DNA of 61,666 bases, the filler included, from Myxococcota bacterium (lineage in GTDB: Bacteria > Myxococcota_C > UBA6777): assembly GCA_023150835.1 (NCBI GenBank). It is 9 parts of 9 records of this genome, joined end to end, with 100 filler letters (N's around TTAATTAATTAA, not from the genome) between each part and the next. Parts side by side here need not be neighbours in the genome. Positions count along the whole stretch, not along the records: positions 1 to 7,135 come from JAKLKB010000201.1; positions 7,236 to 14,334 come from JAKLKB010000202.1; 7 more parts are not named here. One strand, 5' to 3'. The notes below the pieces were generated by a model. That model made no database searches, was not told the DNA's origin, and saw only the letters and a list, made by a program, of their open reading frames with translations. Made by a program: the position numbers and the translations under genes. This document shows, one piece after another, positions 1 through 10,500 of the stretch. Position 1 is the stretch's first letter. Each line of letters opens with the position of its first letter.

Positions 1-1
1 C

Positions 2-2134
2 GTACATCAGCGGAGGCTCACCCACCGCTTTGGACTTAAAGATCGCGTAGGGACTGCCCGCGAGATCGAGGGACTCGACACGCAACTGTTCGGGAACGGC
101 GAAGATATCGGGGACTTTGTACGTGCTGAGCGCGTTGGAGAGCAAGCGACCTTGCTCGTTAAAGCGAAGTTCTTCCATCGTCATCCATCCGATGCCTTGG
201 ACGATCCCGCCTTCTGCTTGACCGAGATCGACATCGCGGTTCATGCAGTCGCCAAAGTCATGGATCACATGCACGCGATCAAAGGAGTAGATCCCACGAA
301 GGCAGTCGACCGTAGCGATCAACGCGGCACATCCGTACACATGGTACGCAAAAGGATGTCCTTTTTCGAGGGTGGTGTCAAAGGAAAGGCCGGGCGTAGC
401 GTAATGCGCGTATTCAGACAGGCTCACCCGTTGGTTGTAGGCTTCAAGGGCGATCTGATCGAAGGAGAGTTCGACCGCTTGGCCGTCTCGACAGATGCGG
501 CCTTGTTGGAGCTTGAGAGCGGAGGCATCGCATCCAAGCATCACAGCGGCAACGCCGATCAAGCGTTGGTGGACGCGTTCACAGGCTTGGGCGAGGGCTT
601 TTCCGTTGAGGTCAGCGGTGGCGCTTGCGGCGCTTGGAGAAGTGTTGGCGATCCGCGAAGTGTTGGTGGCCTCGATGCGCACGCGATCAGCGTGGATGCC
701 AAGGGTGTGGCTGGCGACTTGGATCATCTTGGTGGAGACGCCTTGCCCCATCTCGACAGCCCCTGTGCTGATGCTGACACTGCCGTCTTGATAGACGTGA
801 ACAAGCGCCCCTGCTTGGTTGAGGGTCTTTTTGGTAAAGGAGATCCCAAAACAGATCGGCATCAAAGCCAGTCCCTTTTTTTGGAAGGGATGGGATTGAT
901 TGAATGCCTCGATCTGTTCGGATAATCGGCCTATATCGATGCGCTGTTCAAGAGTCTTCCAAGCATCGTGGGCGCGGACATCTTGGGCCGTTTGACCATA
1001 CGGGAAGGTATCGCCTTCGCGAAGCAAGTTCGCGGCTTGGATGCGATAGGCGGGAAGGGACAAGGCTTCTGCGGCATGAGCGATGGCAGTTTCGATCGCA
1101 AACATACCTTGGGGGCCGCCGAATCCGCGAAAAGCGGTGTGTGAAGTGGTATTGGTTCGACAGGATGCAGCGGTGGCACGAGCGTTGGGGACAAAATAAC
1201 TGTTCGTAAAGTGAAACAAGCTGCGTTCCAAGACGGCAGGCGAAAGATCAGCGGAAGCACCGGCATCTTGGTAGAGGAAGACTTCATAAGCGAGGATGCG
1301 CAGATCTGGATCGAGGCCGATCTTGTAGTCGAACTCGTAGGGGTGTCGTTTGCCAGTCATCGCCATATCATCAAGGCGGTGGAGGATCAGCTTGACAGGC
1401 CGATGAAGTTTGAGGGCCGCGAGGGCCGCCATCACGGCCCAAGGAGTGGCCTGATCTTCTTTTCCACCGAATCCACCGCCAAGACGGAGGACATCGACTT
1501 CGATCGAGTGCATGGGCAGAGCGAGGACACGGGAGGCTGTGCGCTGAACAGCGGTTGGGCCTTGGGTGGAAGAAAGGACGCGCAAGTGACCTGTTTCGGT
1601 GGGGTAGGCGTAGGCTCCTTGGGTTTCGATGTAAAGGTGTTCTTGGCCGCCACAAGAGCCTTTCCCTGAGAAGAGATGCGTGCATTGCTCCCAAACCACC
1701 GAAGGATCGCCGATCTGGAAAGTGCGGACGCGCCCGATCACTTCGCCGATGGCGTAGGCTTCGCGAGGACTGGTGACAGGGCGAAGCGGTTCGATATCGA
1801 GTTTGATCAAGTCGCGTGCAAGGCGTGCGTGGTGCTCCGAGTCAGCAACGATGATCGCGATGGGTTGGGCGCGGTAGTGGACTTCACCGTCCGCAAGCAA
1901 TGGCTCATCGGGAAAGATCCCGCCGATCTGATTTTCGCCCGGGATATCTTTGGCGGTCAGGATCGCCACCACACCTTGGGCTTGAAGGGCCTGATCGAGA
2001 TGGATCGCACGCAGCTTTCCGTGAGCTTCGGAAGATCCAAGGAGAACAGCATGCAACGTTCCTTCGCGTTGGGGGACGTCGTCGACGTAGAGGGAGCGTC
2101 CTGTGACGTGTTTTTGAGCGTCGATGTGTTTCAC
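2..2134 (-). CDS. xdhB: Xanthine dehydrogenase molybdopterin-binding subunit, 3'-truncated by the window edge (absent from the ORF track)
   Basis: Manual translation: GTG at 2134 overlaps the xdhA stop (GTGA) and reads MKHIDAQKHVTGRSLYVDDV. The sequence at the window edge reads YAIFKSKAVGEPPLMY, the XDH SKAVGEPP motif. Confidence 0.92.
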   Translation of the reverse strand, partial: MKHIDAQKHVTGRSLYVDDVPQREGTLHAVLLGSSEAHGKLRAIHLDQALQAQGVVAILTAKDIPGENQIGGIFPDEPLLADGEVHYRAQPIAIIVADSEHHARLARDLIKLDIEPLRPVTSPREAYAIGEVIGRVRTFQIGDPSVVWEQCTHLFSGKGSCGGQEHLYIETQGAYAYPTETGHLRVLSSTQGPTAVQRTASRVLALPMHSIEVDVLRLGGGFGGKEDQATPWAVMAALAALKLHRPVKLILHRLDDMAMTGKRHPYEFDYKIGLDPDLRILAYEVFLYQDAGASADLSPAVLERSLFHFTNSYFVPNARATAASCRTNTTSHTAFRGFGGPQGMFAIETAIAHAAEALSLPAYRIQAANLLREGDTFPYGQTAQDVRAHDAWKTLEQRIDIGRLSEQIEAFNQSHPFQKKGLALMPICFGISFTKKTLNQAGALVHVYQDGSVSISTGAVEMGQGVSTKMIQVASHTLGIHADRVRIEATNTSRIANTSPSAASATADLNGKALAQACERVHQRLIGVAAVMLGCDASALKLQQGRICRDGQAVELSFDQIALEAYNQRVSLSEYAHYATPGLSFDTTLEKGHPFAYHVYGCAALIATVDCLRGIYSFDRVHVIHDFGDCMNRDVDLGQAEGGIVQGIGWMTMEELRFNEQGRLLSNALSTYKVPDIFAVPEQLRVESLDLAGSPYAIFKSKAVGEPPLMY

Positions 2135-3552
2135 AGTAGAGCCTCCTTGACGACGGGGATCGCGGTTGCTTCGGCAAAATGCGCCATGACAAGCTGGCGC
2201 AACAGCAGTCGTTTGTAATCCGCAGAACCACGGATATCACTAATCGGTTGGACTTCGGACTGAGCGCGTTGGGCGGCTTCGAGAGCGGTCTCCCCCGTCA
2301 GCGGTTGGCCGACGAGCCATCGAGAAGTCTCGCGCAAAAGCTTGGGGATCGGTGCGACGCCTCCTGCGGAAAGGCGGGCTTTTTGGATGATGTCACCTTG
2401 GACTTCAAGACGCATCGCTGCGTTGACACTGGCGATATCGAGAAACGTGCGCTTGCTCACCTTTTCAAAGTTGACGCGGCTTTGGGGTGTCGTGGAAGGA
2501 AAGCGCAGGCGCGAGAGGATCTCGCCTTGTTGTTTGGAGAGCGTCTTGTAGCCGAGATAAAGCTCTTCGAGCGGCAACCAGCGCTGTGCGTGTTGGGCGG
2601 AGAGTTCGATCTCTGCGCCCAAAGCGAGCATCAAGATCGTGACATCGCCGATCGGAGAAGCATTCACAAGATTGCCTGCGATAGAAGCGATGGTACGGAT
2701 CGGCGTCGAGGCGACGAGTCGCATCCATGCTCGGATCGAGGGGAGCGTTTGGGCGATCAAGGGCGAACGGTTGAGATCTTCCATTGTGGCCGCCCCACCG
2801 ATGTAAACAAAACCATCTTGCTCCTCGATCGCTGTGGAGGCGTAGTCTTGGGCAAAAGCAACGTCAGCATCGCGGATCGCTTCGGGGCGTTGGACATTGA
2901 GATCACTGCCTCCCCCCAACAGGACGGTGGGAGCGGAGGTTGAAGAGGTAAGCTCAGCGGGGCGACGTGCAGGGATAGCGCGAAGCCGCGCAGGAATACC
3001 GGCAAAATAAGGCGGAACAAAGCCTTTTTCGATCAACCACGCCATCTGCTCGGAGCCTTGGGGCTTTTGTTGAAGTTGTTCGGAAACTTCGGAGAGTGCG
3101 CGCTCAATCGACTTATAACCTGTGCAACGACAGATGTTTCCGCTGATCGCGTCGCGGGGATCGTCTTGATAGACCGAGCTGGATTCGAGTGCAAAGCCCG
3201 TCATCGAAACCACAAACCCCGGCGTACAAAAGCCGCATTGCGTCCCCGAATGTTCCACCATCGCCCGCTGTACAGGCGTCAACGTCTCTTTGCTCAGCCC
3301 CTCCACCGTCACCACGTGCATCCCATGTACACGCCCCAACGGGAAAAGACACGAAGTCACAGGAAGATACTTGACGCCCTCCCCTTCGAGTGTACCGATC
3401 AGCACCGAACACGCACCGCAATCCCCCTCACGACAACCGATCTTGGTCCCTGTCAGGCGTTGGTGTTCACGAACAAAATCCAGTAAAACAAGACCCTCTT
3501 GTGACGAAGTCTTGATCAGTCGGTCGTTTAACAAAAATTGAATCTCTGCCAT
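2131..3552 (-). CDS. xdhA: Xanthine dehydrogenase small subunit (2Fe-2S + FAD)
   Basis: GTKIGCREGDCGAC, QCGFCTPG and GNICRCTGY Fe-S motifs; FAD domain with ASIAGNLVNASPIGD; PISDIRGSADY. Confidence 0.93.
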   Translation of the reverse strand: MAEIQFLLNDRLIKTSSQEGLVLLDFVREHQRLTGTKIGCREGDCGACSVLIGTLEGEGVKYLPVTSCLFPLGRVHGMHVVTVEGLSKETLTPVQRAMVEHSGTQCGFCTPGFVVSMTGFALESSSVYQDDPRDAISGNICRCTGYKSIERALSEVSEQLQQKPQGSEQMAWLIEKGFVPPYFAGIPARLRAIPARRPAELTSSTSAPTVLLGGGSDLNVQRPEAIRDADVAFAQDYASTAIEEQDGFVYIGGAATMEDLNRSPLIAQTLPSIRAWMRLVASTPIRTIASIAGNLVNASPIGDVTILMLALGAEIELSAQHAQRWLPLEELYLGYKTLSKQQGEILSRLRFPSTTPQSRVNFEKVSKRTFLDIASVNAAMRLEVQGDIIQKARLSAGGVAPIPKLLRETSRWLVGQPLTGETALEAAQRAQSEVQPISDIRGSADYKRLLLRQLVMAHFAEATAIPVVKEALL

Positions 3553-3629
3553 GATCTTCATCCTTCTCTACAGCAGCGCAGCGAAAGGCCAGAATGTACC
3601 GCGCCCCACAACAAACCGTCAAGAACAGT

Positions 3630-3694
3630 CCACGGAACACACGGAACACACGGAAAGAAGAGCCCACAAAACACACAGAAAGCACGGAAAAAAC
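3630..3694 (+). repeat. Short 9-bp-type tandem repeats (CACGGAACA/CACAGAAAG)
   Basis: ccacggaacacacggaacacacggaaag...cacacagaaagcacggaaaaa in the intergenic region between xdhA and the hydrolase. Confidence 0.55.
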
Positions 3695-3707
3695 AGGAGA
3701 GTTACGA

Positions 3708-5729
3708 ATGGAGCGAAGTATACGAAAGCTCGGGTGGTTGTTGGTTTTGGCTTGTGCGGGGGTAGTCAACGCAAGTCCGCCCTCCAAACCACCGATGCGA
3801 CGGGCAGAAAGCCGCCCCGTAGAGACGAAAGAGACGAACAAGCTCGCAGCATCGCAGGCTCCCGCCAACGGTGCGGCAGGATCCGAGGCGACGTTGGGGA
3901 TGAGGTCGGATATGTCGGAGCAGACGCTGCGAAAGTTCTTTGAGGCTCAGATACCTCGGCTGACGAAGAAACATCACCTTGCGGGAGCGACGTTTTCGGT
4001 AGTGTATCGGGGCAAGATCTTGTTGCAGCAAGGGATAGGAGAGGCGGATCGCGAATCAAAGCGCAAAGTCGATCCCAACAAGACGTTGTTTCGGGTGGGA
4101 TCGATCTCAAAGCTGTTCACTTGGATCGCGGTGATGCAGTTGGTGGAGGCTGGAAAACTCGATCTGCACACCGATATCCAGCGCTACCTTCCGAAGCTCA
4201 AGCTGCCCGCAACCTTTGGAAAACCGATCACGATCGCGCATCTGATGTCGCATACACCCGGATTTGAAGACATCTTGCTGGGGCTGTTCACCAAAGATCC
4301 CAAAGCCCTCAAACCGCTCGAACAAGCTGTGTTGGAACGCATTCCGCTGCGTGTGCGTCCGCCCGGGGAGAGCGTGGCCTACTCAAACTACGGAACCACT
4401 CTTGCGGGCTATCTCGTCGAGCAGGTGAGCGGCGTCCCATTTGAGAAGTATGTGCAGCAAAAGATCTTCGATCCCTTGGGGATGACAGACGCGACTTTTT
4501 CACAGATCGACACCGCCAAAAGCGCTGCGATGGCAAAGGGTTATACCTTTCTTGGCAAAGACGCCAAAAGCCAGCAGCCGACATGGAAGCCACAAGGATT
4601 CGAATACATCTCGCAGTCCCCTGCGGGCGCGATGTCTGCATCGGCCCACGCGATGGCGCGCTTCATGTTGGGGTATCTTCAAGGCGGTGCGTTGGAGGGC
4701 AAACGCATCTTGCGCGAAGAGACGATCCGACGGATGGATCAGGCGCACTTTCGGCCCCATCCAAAGGCAAGGTCTTTCGCACACGGATGGATCGAGATCA
4801 ATCGACAGAATCCGCGAATCATCGGTCATCTCGGAGATACGATCTATTTTCATAGTGCTTGTTTTCTTGTGCCATCCGAACAGTTGGGGGTATTTTTTTC
4901 GACAAACACCTCGACGGGGATGATGGCTTCTTTTTCGTTGGCAACAGCGTTTTTGAAGCGTTTCGCCCGAAGCATCGAGGGTCGTGCTTTGGCAGCGCGT
5001 CGTCCTGTCCCGTCCAAAGAGTATCTGTCGCAGTTTGCAGGAGTATTCGCCACCAATCGGCGCTCGGAGTCGGACATGACGAAGCTGGCGGGTTTGGGGA
5101 TGCGTGTCGAGGCCCGAGTGAGCGAGACCGTCGGCCAATTGGAGATCTTTGATTTTCTACAAGGAAAGCGGATCAAACACATCGAAGTCGAACCCGATGT
5201 ATTTCAAGAAGTCGAAGGGCTTGGTCGGTGGATCTTTTTACGGAACAAACAAAAACAAGTGGTGGGTTTGTTTGGCAACGGCTTTCCTGTGATGACCTTC
5301 GTTCGGCCACCTTGGTATGAGTCGACTTTGCTGAATGTGGGGATCGTGGTGTTGTTTTTGTTGTGTCTATTGATGGGGTTGTTTGCCCGTCCGACGGGGA
5401 TATGGGGATGGTTGATGGCAAAGTCTCGACTGCAAGGGGAAGAACGCACCGCAGGGCTGTTTGGTTTAGGGGTGTTGGTGGGCTATATTCTGTTTTTTCT
5501 TTCGATCTTGGCGACGATCTCGGATGATTTTATTTTTGAGATACCGCGCCGCTGGGTGTTCTGGCTGCCGTATCTCCCGATGCTGCTGACAATTGGGATG
5601 TTGTATTACGCCGTGTTGGTGTGGCGTCGGAGTTTGTTTGGTTGGATTGGGAGAGGGTTTTATACGCTGTTTGCGGTGAGCGCATCGGCATTTGGCTGGT
5701 TTTTGATGTACTGGAAGATCGTGGCTTAA
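3708..5729 (+). CDS. Serine hydrolase, beta-lactamase/AmpC-like family, with signal peptide and C-terminal TM helices
   Basis: SxxK (GSISK), LMSHTPG, YSNYG and GHLGD motifs; hydrophobic N-terminus; about 4 TM segments at the C-terminus; GGAG upstream of ATG 3708. Confidence 0.88.
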   Translation: MERSIRKLGWLLVLACAGVVNASPPSKPPMRRAESRPVETKETNKLAASQAPANGAAGSEATLGMRSDMSEQTLRKFFEAQIPRLTKKHHLAGATFSVVYRGKILLQQGIGEADRESKRKVDPNKTLFRVGSISKLFTWIAVMQLVEAGKLDLHTDIQRYLPKLKLPATFGKPITIAHLMSHTPGFEDILLGLFTKDPKALKPLEQAVLERIPLRVRPPGESVAYSNYGTTLAGYLVEQVSGVPFEKYVQQKIFDPLGMTDATFSQIDTAKSAAMAKGYTFLGKDAKSQQPTWKPQGFEYISQSPAGAMSASAHAMARFMLGYLQGGALEGKRILREETIRRMDQAHFRPHPKARSFAHGWIEINRQNPRIIGHLGDTIYFHSACFLVPSEQLGVFFSTNTSTGMMASFSLATAFLKRFARSIEGRALAARRPVPSKEYLSQFAGVFATNRRSESDMTKLAGLGMRVEARVSETVGQLEIFDFLQGKRIKHIEVEPDVFQEVEGLGRWIFLRNKQKQVVGLFGNGFPVMTFVRPPWYESTLLNVGIVVLFLLCLLMGLFARPTGIWGWLMAKSRLQGEERTAGLFGLGVLVGYILFFLSILATISDDFIFEIPRRWVFWLPYLPMLLTIGMLYYAVLVWRRSLFGWIGRGFYTLFAVSASAFGWFLMYWKIVA

Positions 5730-5731
5730 CG

Positions 5732-6000
5732 ACGTGAGTTCGAGCAAGAAAAAAGTTGTACCCGCTTGTTTTCTCAGACAAAATGTAGTTGCAAAACGAA
5801 CACCCAAAGAAAGCAAGGGGCACGCTCATGGATCGAACCGAAATCTTTTGCCATGTCGATGATTTTTATCAAGCCTTCGAGAAGGATTGGACGGATTACG
5901 TCGAAGAGATGGAGTTTTCCGTCGCAAAAAGAAAGCGGAAAAAGCCAACGTCGATGACCGCAGCCTTGTCCCCGATATGATGACGGTCTTTTTGGCCGAC
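5732..6000 (+). mobile_element. IS982-family remnant (left end plus truncated transposase N-terminus)
   Basis: ACGTGAGTTCG at 5732 resembles IS982-type terminal repeats (recalled). ORF from 5828 reads MDRTEIFCHVDDFY...KRKRK, like IS982 transposase N-termini, then frameshifts/stops. Confidence 0.6.
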
Positions 6001-6074
6001 TCTACGGGGATCGCGGATACATCTCGCAAGATTTATCCGAGGACTTGTTCAGAAGATCGAAGTCTATGGAAAGG

Positions 6075-6566
6075 CTATTTCTTTTTTTCTCTCAGTGTGC
6101 TTTCCAATACAGGTAAAACAGCAAGATCTTTTTCTCTACCAATTTCTCGTTTTAGTTGGATGAGGCTTTCCAGTCCTTGCGAGCGAAAAGTAAAATCTTC
6201 TACCTCAAACGCTTCGGATTCTCCGAGTAAATCTTCATAAGACCTCGCATGATCTGCTTTCCCCACGAGGCAAAGGACATCAAGAGGACCGGCATCTGTG
6301 AGAAGTAAATTGTGCCCTTGACCCATGAGAGCCGACTTGGAGGGTTCGATCCGTACATCTTTTCTGGCTCGGTAGTAAGCGTTCAGTTCTTTTAGTGCGG
6401 TAAGAAGGCGCTCCACGTTTTCTTCCGAGCGAAGGTGGAGAATATCCAGATCGAATGTTGTGACAGGTGCTCCATGAAGAACAGCACTGACGCCTCCTAC
6501 AACGATAAAAGCGACATTGTGTTTGTGTAGTATGCTGAGGACTTTGACAAAATCAGTTTTTTGCAC
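6075..6566 (-). CDS. Nucleotidyltransferase-fold protein (DUF6036/AbiEii-like)
   Basis: FIVVGGVSAVLHG-x-TTFDLDI (GG...DxD) and C-terminal K-x3-GREKDL; probable GTG start at 6566. Confidence 0.75.
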   Translation of the reverse strand: MQKTDFVKVLSILHKHNVAFIVVGGVSAVLHGAPVTTFDLDILHLRSEENVERLLTALKELNAYYRARKDVRIEPSKSALMGQGHNLLLTDAGPLDVLCLVGKADHARSYEDLLGESEAFEVEDFTFRSQGLESLIQLKREIGREKDLAVLPVLESTLREKKK

Positions 6567-6777
6567 GGATGCTTCCTCGGAGAACAATGAGGCTGTTCAC
6601 GCTCGATTGAAGGTGGTGGAGTCTTTCTGTGGGAGAGAGAGAAAGCATCCAGCGAATTAAGGTCAAGTCCACTCCTTCCGAATTGTAGAGACTTTCGTTC
6701 TGATCTTTATGCACTGTTTCTTTGTTTTTTTGTGTTTGTTGTTCTGGCATCTTTGTTCTCCTTTGTTGTTCCGCCAA
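6553..6777 (-). CDS. Small hypothetical protein overlapping the nucleotidyltransferase (putative antitoxin/partner)
   Basis: 74-aa ORF containing GVDLTLIRWMLSLSPTERL; 14-nt overlap with the downstream gene. Start could be 6750. Confidence 0.6.
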   Translation of the reverse strand: MAEQQRRTKMPEQQTQKNKETVHKDQNESLYNSEGVDLTLIRWMLSLSPTERLHHLQSSVNSLIVLRGSIRAKN

Positions 6778-6932
6778 AGATATCCTCGATTCAGTGACTT
6801 CGCAAGCTTTTTCTTTTGTACCCTTCTTGCTGAAGGGCGCGATGTTTCAGCAGAAGATCGGTTCGATCTGTTCGGAAAGAACGGTAGCAAGTGAAGTTCG
6901 GAAGGCTCATGTTGTGTTTTGAGGTCTTCTAA

Positions 6933-7035
6933 TACGAGATCCGCCCGTTGTTTGCGTAGGGGCAGACCCCTGTGTCTGCCCAATAATCGGGCGTCTACGT
7001 ACTCTCCTTTGTGTACACATCATTCGGATATCGTA
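6933..7035 (+). mobile_element. TA-flanked MITE-like element (family A) containing a GTAG-REP hairpin
   Basis: TA-CGAGATCCG...CGGATATCG-TA inverted ends; internal GTAGGGGCAGACccctgtGTCTGCCC at 6956-6981. Confidence 0.7.
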
Positions 7036-7135
7036 TAAGGTACCTCACGGGCGACGTTTTTGATCGAGTGGGTCCGTTCAAACCAACGCCATGAGAGAGG
7101 TATCAAGAGGTAACACTTCTCAGCGAGGGCAACCA

Positions 7136-7235
7136 NNNNNNNNNNNNNNNNNNNNNNNNNNNNNNNNNNNNNNNNNNNNTTAATTAATTAANNNNNNNNN
7201 NNNNNNNNNNNNNNNNNNNNNNNNNNNNNNNNNNN
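7136..7235. other. Artificial contig linker (first of eight)
   Basis: N-run around TTAATTAATTAA (stops in all six frames). Others at 14335-14434, 21465-21564, 28584-28683, 36686-36785, 43175-43274, 49530-49629 and 55811-55910. Confidence 0.99.
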
Positions 7236-7353
7236 AGCGTCTGCGCGTCGTGCATACAGCGTGTGTCATGAAAAAACAAAATCCCCGCTGCTTCCGACTT
7301 TCGCTCCCTCCCCTGTTCACGGGGGAGGGCTGGGGTGGGGGGGCCAACAAGCG

Positions 7354-7371
7354 CTTAACCTAACGCCTATG
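7354..7371 (-). mobile_element. IS4-family (IS231/IS186-like) terminal inverted repeat
   Basis: CATAGGCGTTAGGTTAAG on the minus strand, similar to 14201-14218 and 55705-55722; abuts the GC-rich palindrome GGGGCCACGCCCC. Confidence 0.55.
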
Positions 7372-7569
7372 GGGCCACGCCCCACCGAACACACCCAGCC
7401 GCATAAGTTCTTGCATCAAAAAATATACCACCGCCAGATCGGCAAACAAAGAAAACACCAGATATCCCGTCAATAGGGAGATCTGGTGCGTGTCCTGTGT
7501 GTGATGAGATGCGTTGGAGAGGAAGTTGGATTCGTGGTGAGAGAGTCGCCTTTGCGCAGAGGAGGTCGG

Positions 7570-10500
7570 ATGTTGCGAGGAAGTCGCATGAACGATAAGG
7601 GATCTTGGATGTTTTGGCTGTGGCTTGTTGGAGGTTGTGGTGGAGGGGGCGGTTTGGCACACGCTGAAGAGCCGAAGCATCGGGAAACATCGCACAGAGA
7701 GGCTACAAAGGGAGCGAAGCCCGAGGGGGTAGGGAAGCAGGGTTCTCAAAATGAAACAAGCGAGACAACAAAGGTGTTGTTGGCGGATTGGCGGGAGGGT
7801 GTAGCGCGGTGGAAGGAGTGGGAGGCGCGGGGCGTGGCTTGGCGGCAGGAGGGGGCGTTGCGTTCGGTGCAGGCTCGGCTTGTGGAGGTGGAGCGTTCGT
7901 TGTTGTCGATGAGTCCGACGCAAGCAGCAGGTGTCTGGCTGGGTTTGTTGCGTGCAAAACACCCGTTGTTGCGTCGTTTTGGGGCAGAGGCGTTGGGGAA
8001 GATGGGAGAGGGCGGACGATTGTATCGGAATGAGATGGTGCGTCTGCTTGGGGAGGATCAGCCAGAGGCGCAAGAAGCGGCGTTGAGGGCGTTGAGGTCG
8101 TTGGGCGTGCCGCGAGATGCACAGGAAAAGATCGCGGTGTTGAGGCGGTCGGTGTGGCCGAAGGTGAGGGAGGCGGCTTGGTGGGCGCTTGGTGCGGTGG
8201 AGGGGAGCGCAAAGCTCCGAAGCAAGGAGCTTTGGGGGTGGTGGCCGGAGGCCGTGAGGGAGGGATATGGTGCGGCGATCTTGGCGGGGTTTGTGCGGGC
8301 GGGGAGTCGGAGTCGGCGGATCGAGCGAGAGATGCGGAAGGCATTGGAGGGAGCAGATGAAGCGGGAGTGCGTTGGGCTTGTCGGTATCTGTCGCGTGGG
8401 AAGGTGCCTTTTGAACGAGTGCGGGTGCGATTGTGGGGATGGTTCTTGTCGAAGGAGGCGAGTACACGTCTTGAAGTGTTGCGGGTTTTGCGCAAGGACG
8501 ACAAAAAAGAAGAAGTGAGGCGATTGTTTGTGCGGGCGTTGGAAGACCAAGCAGAGGGGGTGCGGCGGTTGGCTGCGGAAGTGTTGATGGAGGAGGGTTG
8601 GTCGGCGTGGGAGGAAGTGAAGGTGCGGTTAGAGCGTGCAGACAAGGCGATTCAGGAGGGAGTGATCGCTGGGATCGTTGCACAGGGGAAAGAGGGTTGG
8701 GAGCGGGTGCGGTCGTTGTTGCGGGAGGAGCGGGAGATCTTTTTGAGGACAGGGCTGCGAGCGTTGGAGGCGCAAGGCAAGGCGGCTTCTGGATTGTGCG
8801 AAGCGATCCATGAGAAGACGAGCGAGCGGCGTTGGGGGGTGCGGCTGGCTGCGGTGCGTGCGATCGGGAAGGTCTGTTCGGAGCAGACGGCGTCACAGCG
8901 TTGGTTGGCGGGGTTGTTGGGAGACTCGTCCGAAGAAGTGCGCTTTGCGGCGGCGGATGCGCTTGGAGATGGGGTGGTGAGTCCGTTGTCGTTGTTGCAG
9001 GATGCGGTGTCAAGCCGGAGTTGGCGGACACGGCAAGCGACGGCGCGGGCGTTGGGATCGTTGGGAGGGGAGATCGGTGTGGTGCGACCGTTGTTGTTGA
9101 AGCTGTTGGAAGATGAGTCGTGGGCGGTGCGGCGAGCGGTGGTGGATGCGGTGGGTCGGTTGGGGGCGTTGATGGTCGGGGAGCGTGGGCGCTTGCGGAG
9201 GTTGTTGAAGGATCAGGATCGAGACGTGAAGTATGCGGCGATGCGGGCGTTGGTGGCGTTGGAAGAAAAAGAAGAAGCGAAGCAACAGATGTTGTTGCGA
9301 TGGATCGAAGGGCGTGGGGGGAAAGCGTTGCGCTTGGAGGCGTTGCGTTGGTGGTCTGTGTTGGGTATGCGTGTGCGAAAGCGCACGCAGCGAGGGAGGC
9401 TGACAGGGCCGATTCGACGGTGGTTGCGGGGGGGGACGTTAAGCGAGCGCCAAGTGGTGTTGCGTAGTTTGCGCAAGATGGGGACGGTGGGACGAGAAGT
9501 TTGGCCTGAGTTGGTGATGTTGGCGCGGGGGCGTCATCGGAGTTTGCAGTTGGGGGCGTTGCGTGCGATCGGGGCGGTCGCCGATCCGCCGATGTCGTTG
9601 GTGCGTTCGCTGCTGGTGTGGGCAACGGAGGAAGTCTCGGTGAGACGGCGTGTTGCGCGTGAGGTGTTGCGCGAAGTCTGCGGTCGTGTGGTGTTTTCGC
9701 GGGGCTTTTGGGAGCCGTGGTTGCGGGAAAAGCATATCGAAAAGCGGAGTTTGGTGTTGGGATGTTTGGAGCGCGGAGGGTGGCGTGCGTTGACGAGCTT
9801 GGAGGGGATCGAGTCGTTGTTGTCGGATGCGGATCATACGGTCCGTCGGGCGTCTTGGCGGATATGGAGAGGATTTGGTTCTTGGGGGGCGGTGGGATTG
9901 AGGCGGCTGTGGGACAGTCGTCCGCGTGGTGTGGAGAGGTTCGGGGAGGACGGTCGTTTGTGGGTTGAGGTGTTCGAGGGGGCGGGGGTTCATGCGCCGC
10001 AGCTTTGGTATGGCTTGATCGATGCGGTGGGGCGGAGTCGATGGGAGCGGAGGGTGGAGGTTGGGGCGTTGGGAGTGTGGTTTCGTGCGATGCTGGCGTC
10101 AAAAGAGGCTATTGGGCAGGGGTATCTGTGGTCTTGTGTTCAGAGGGGGCCTTGGTGGTTGCGGGGGCCTTGTGCGCGGCGTTTGGGAAAAGTGGCGGAG
10201 ACGAAAAGTCTGCTGCATGCGTTTGCGTTGGCGGCGGGAGTGGAGCGGGTGTTGTTGCGAAAAGCCTTGGGGCAGCGCAGCAGCGGTGTTTTGGTGATGG
10301 CCTTGCGTGGGTTGGCGGAGGAGCCTGCGCAAAAAGACCGATGGTTGGAGTATCTGAACGATGCGACGCTGTGGCAAGGCGAAAGCGGGGAAGCAAAGGA
10401 CGCGAAGCTTTTGGATGCGTTGCGTGGATTGTTGGTGTCGAAAGATCCGATATCGCGGCGTTTTGGAGCGCGAGGTTATGCGCATTGGCAGGAGTTCGCG

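Noticed and set aside
152-2218. Plus-strand ORFs in the ORF track (257, 152 and 180 aa)
   Set aside because: Antisense shadows of xdhB, which the track missed because it runs off the window.
7703-10102. 799-aa Pro/Thr-rich minus-strand ORF (and similar long antisense ORFs at 38654-40282, 32376-34034 and 27008-28411)
   Set aside because: Shadow frames produced by strand skew and GC content opposite well-supported genes.
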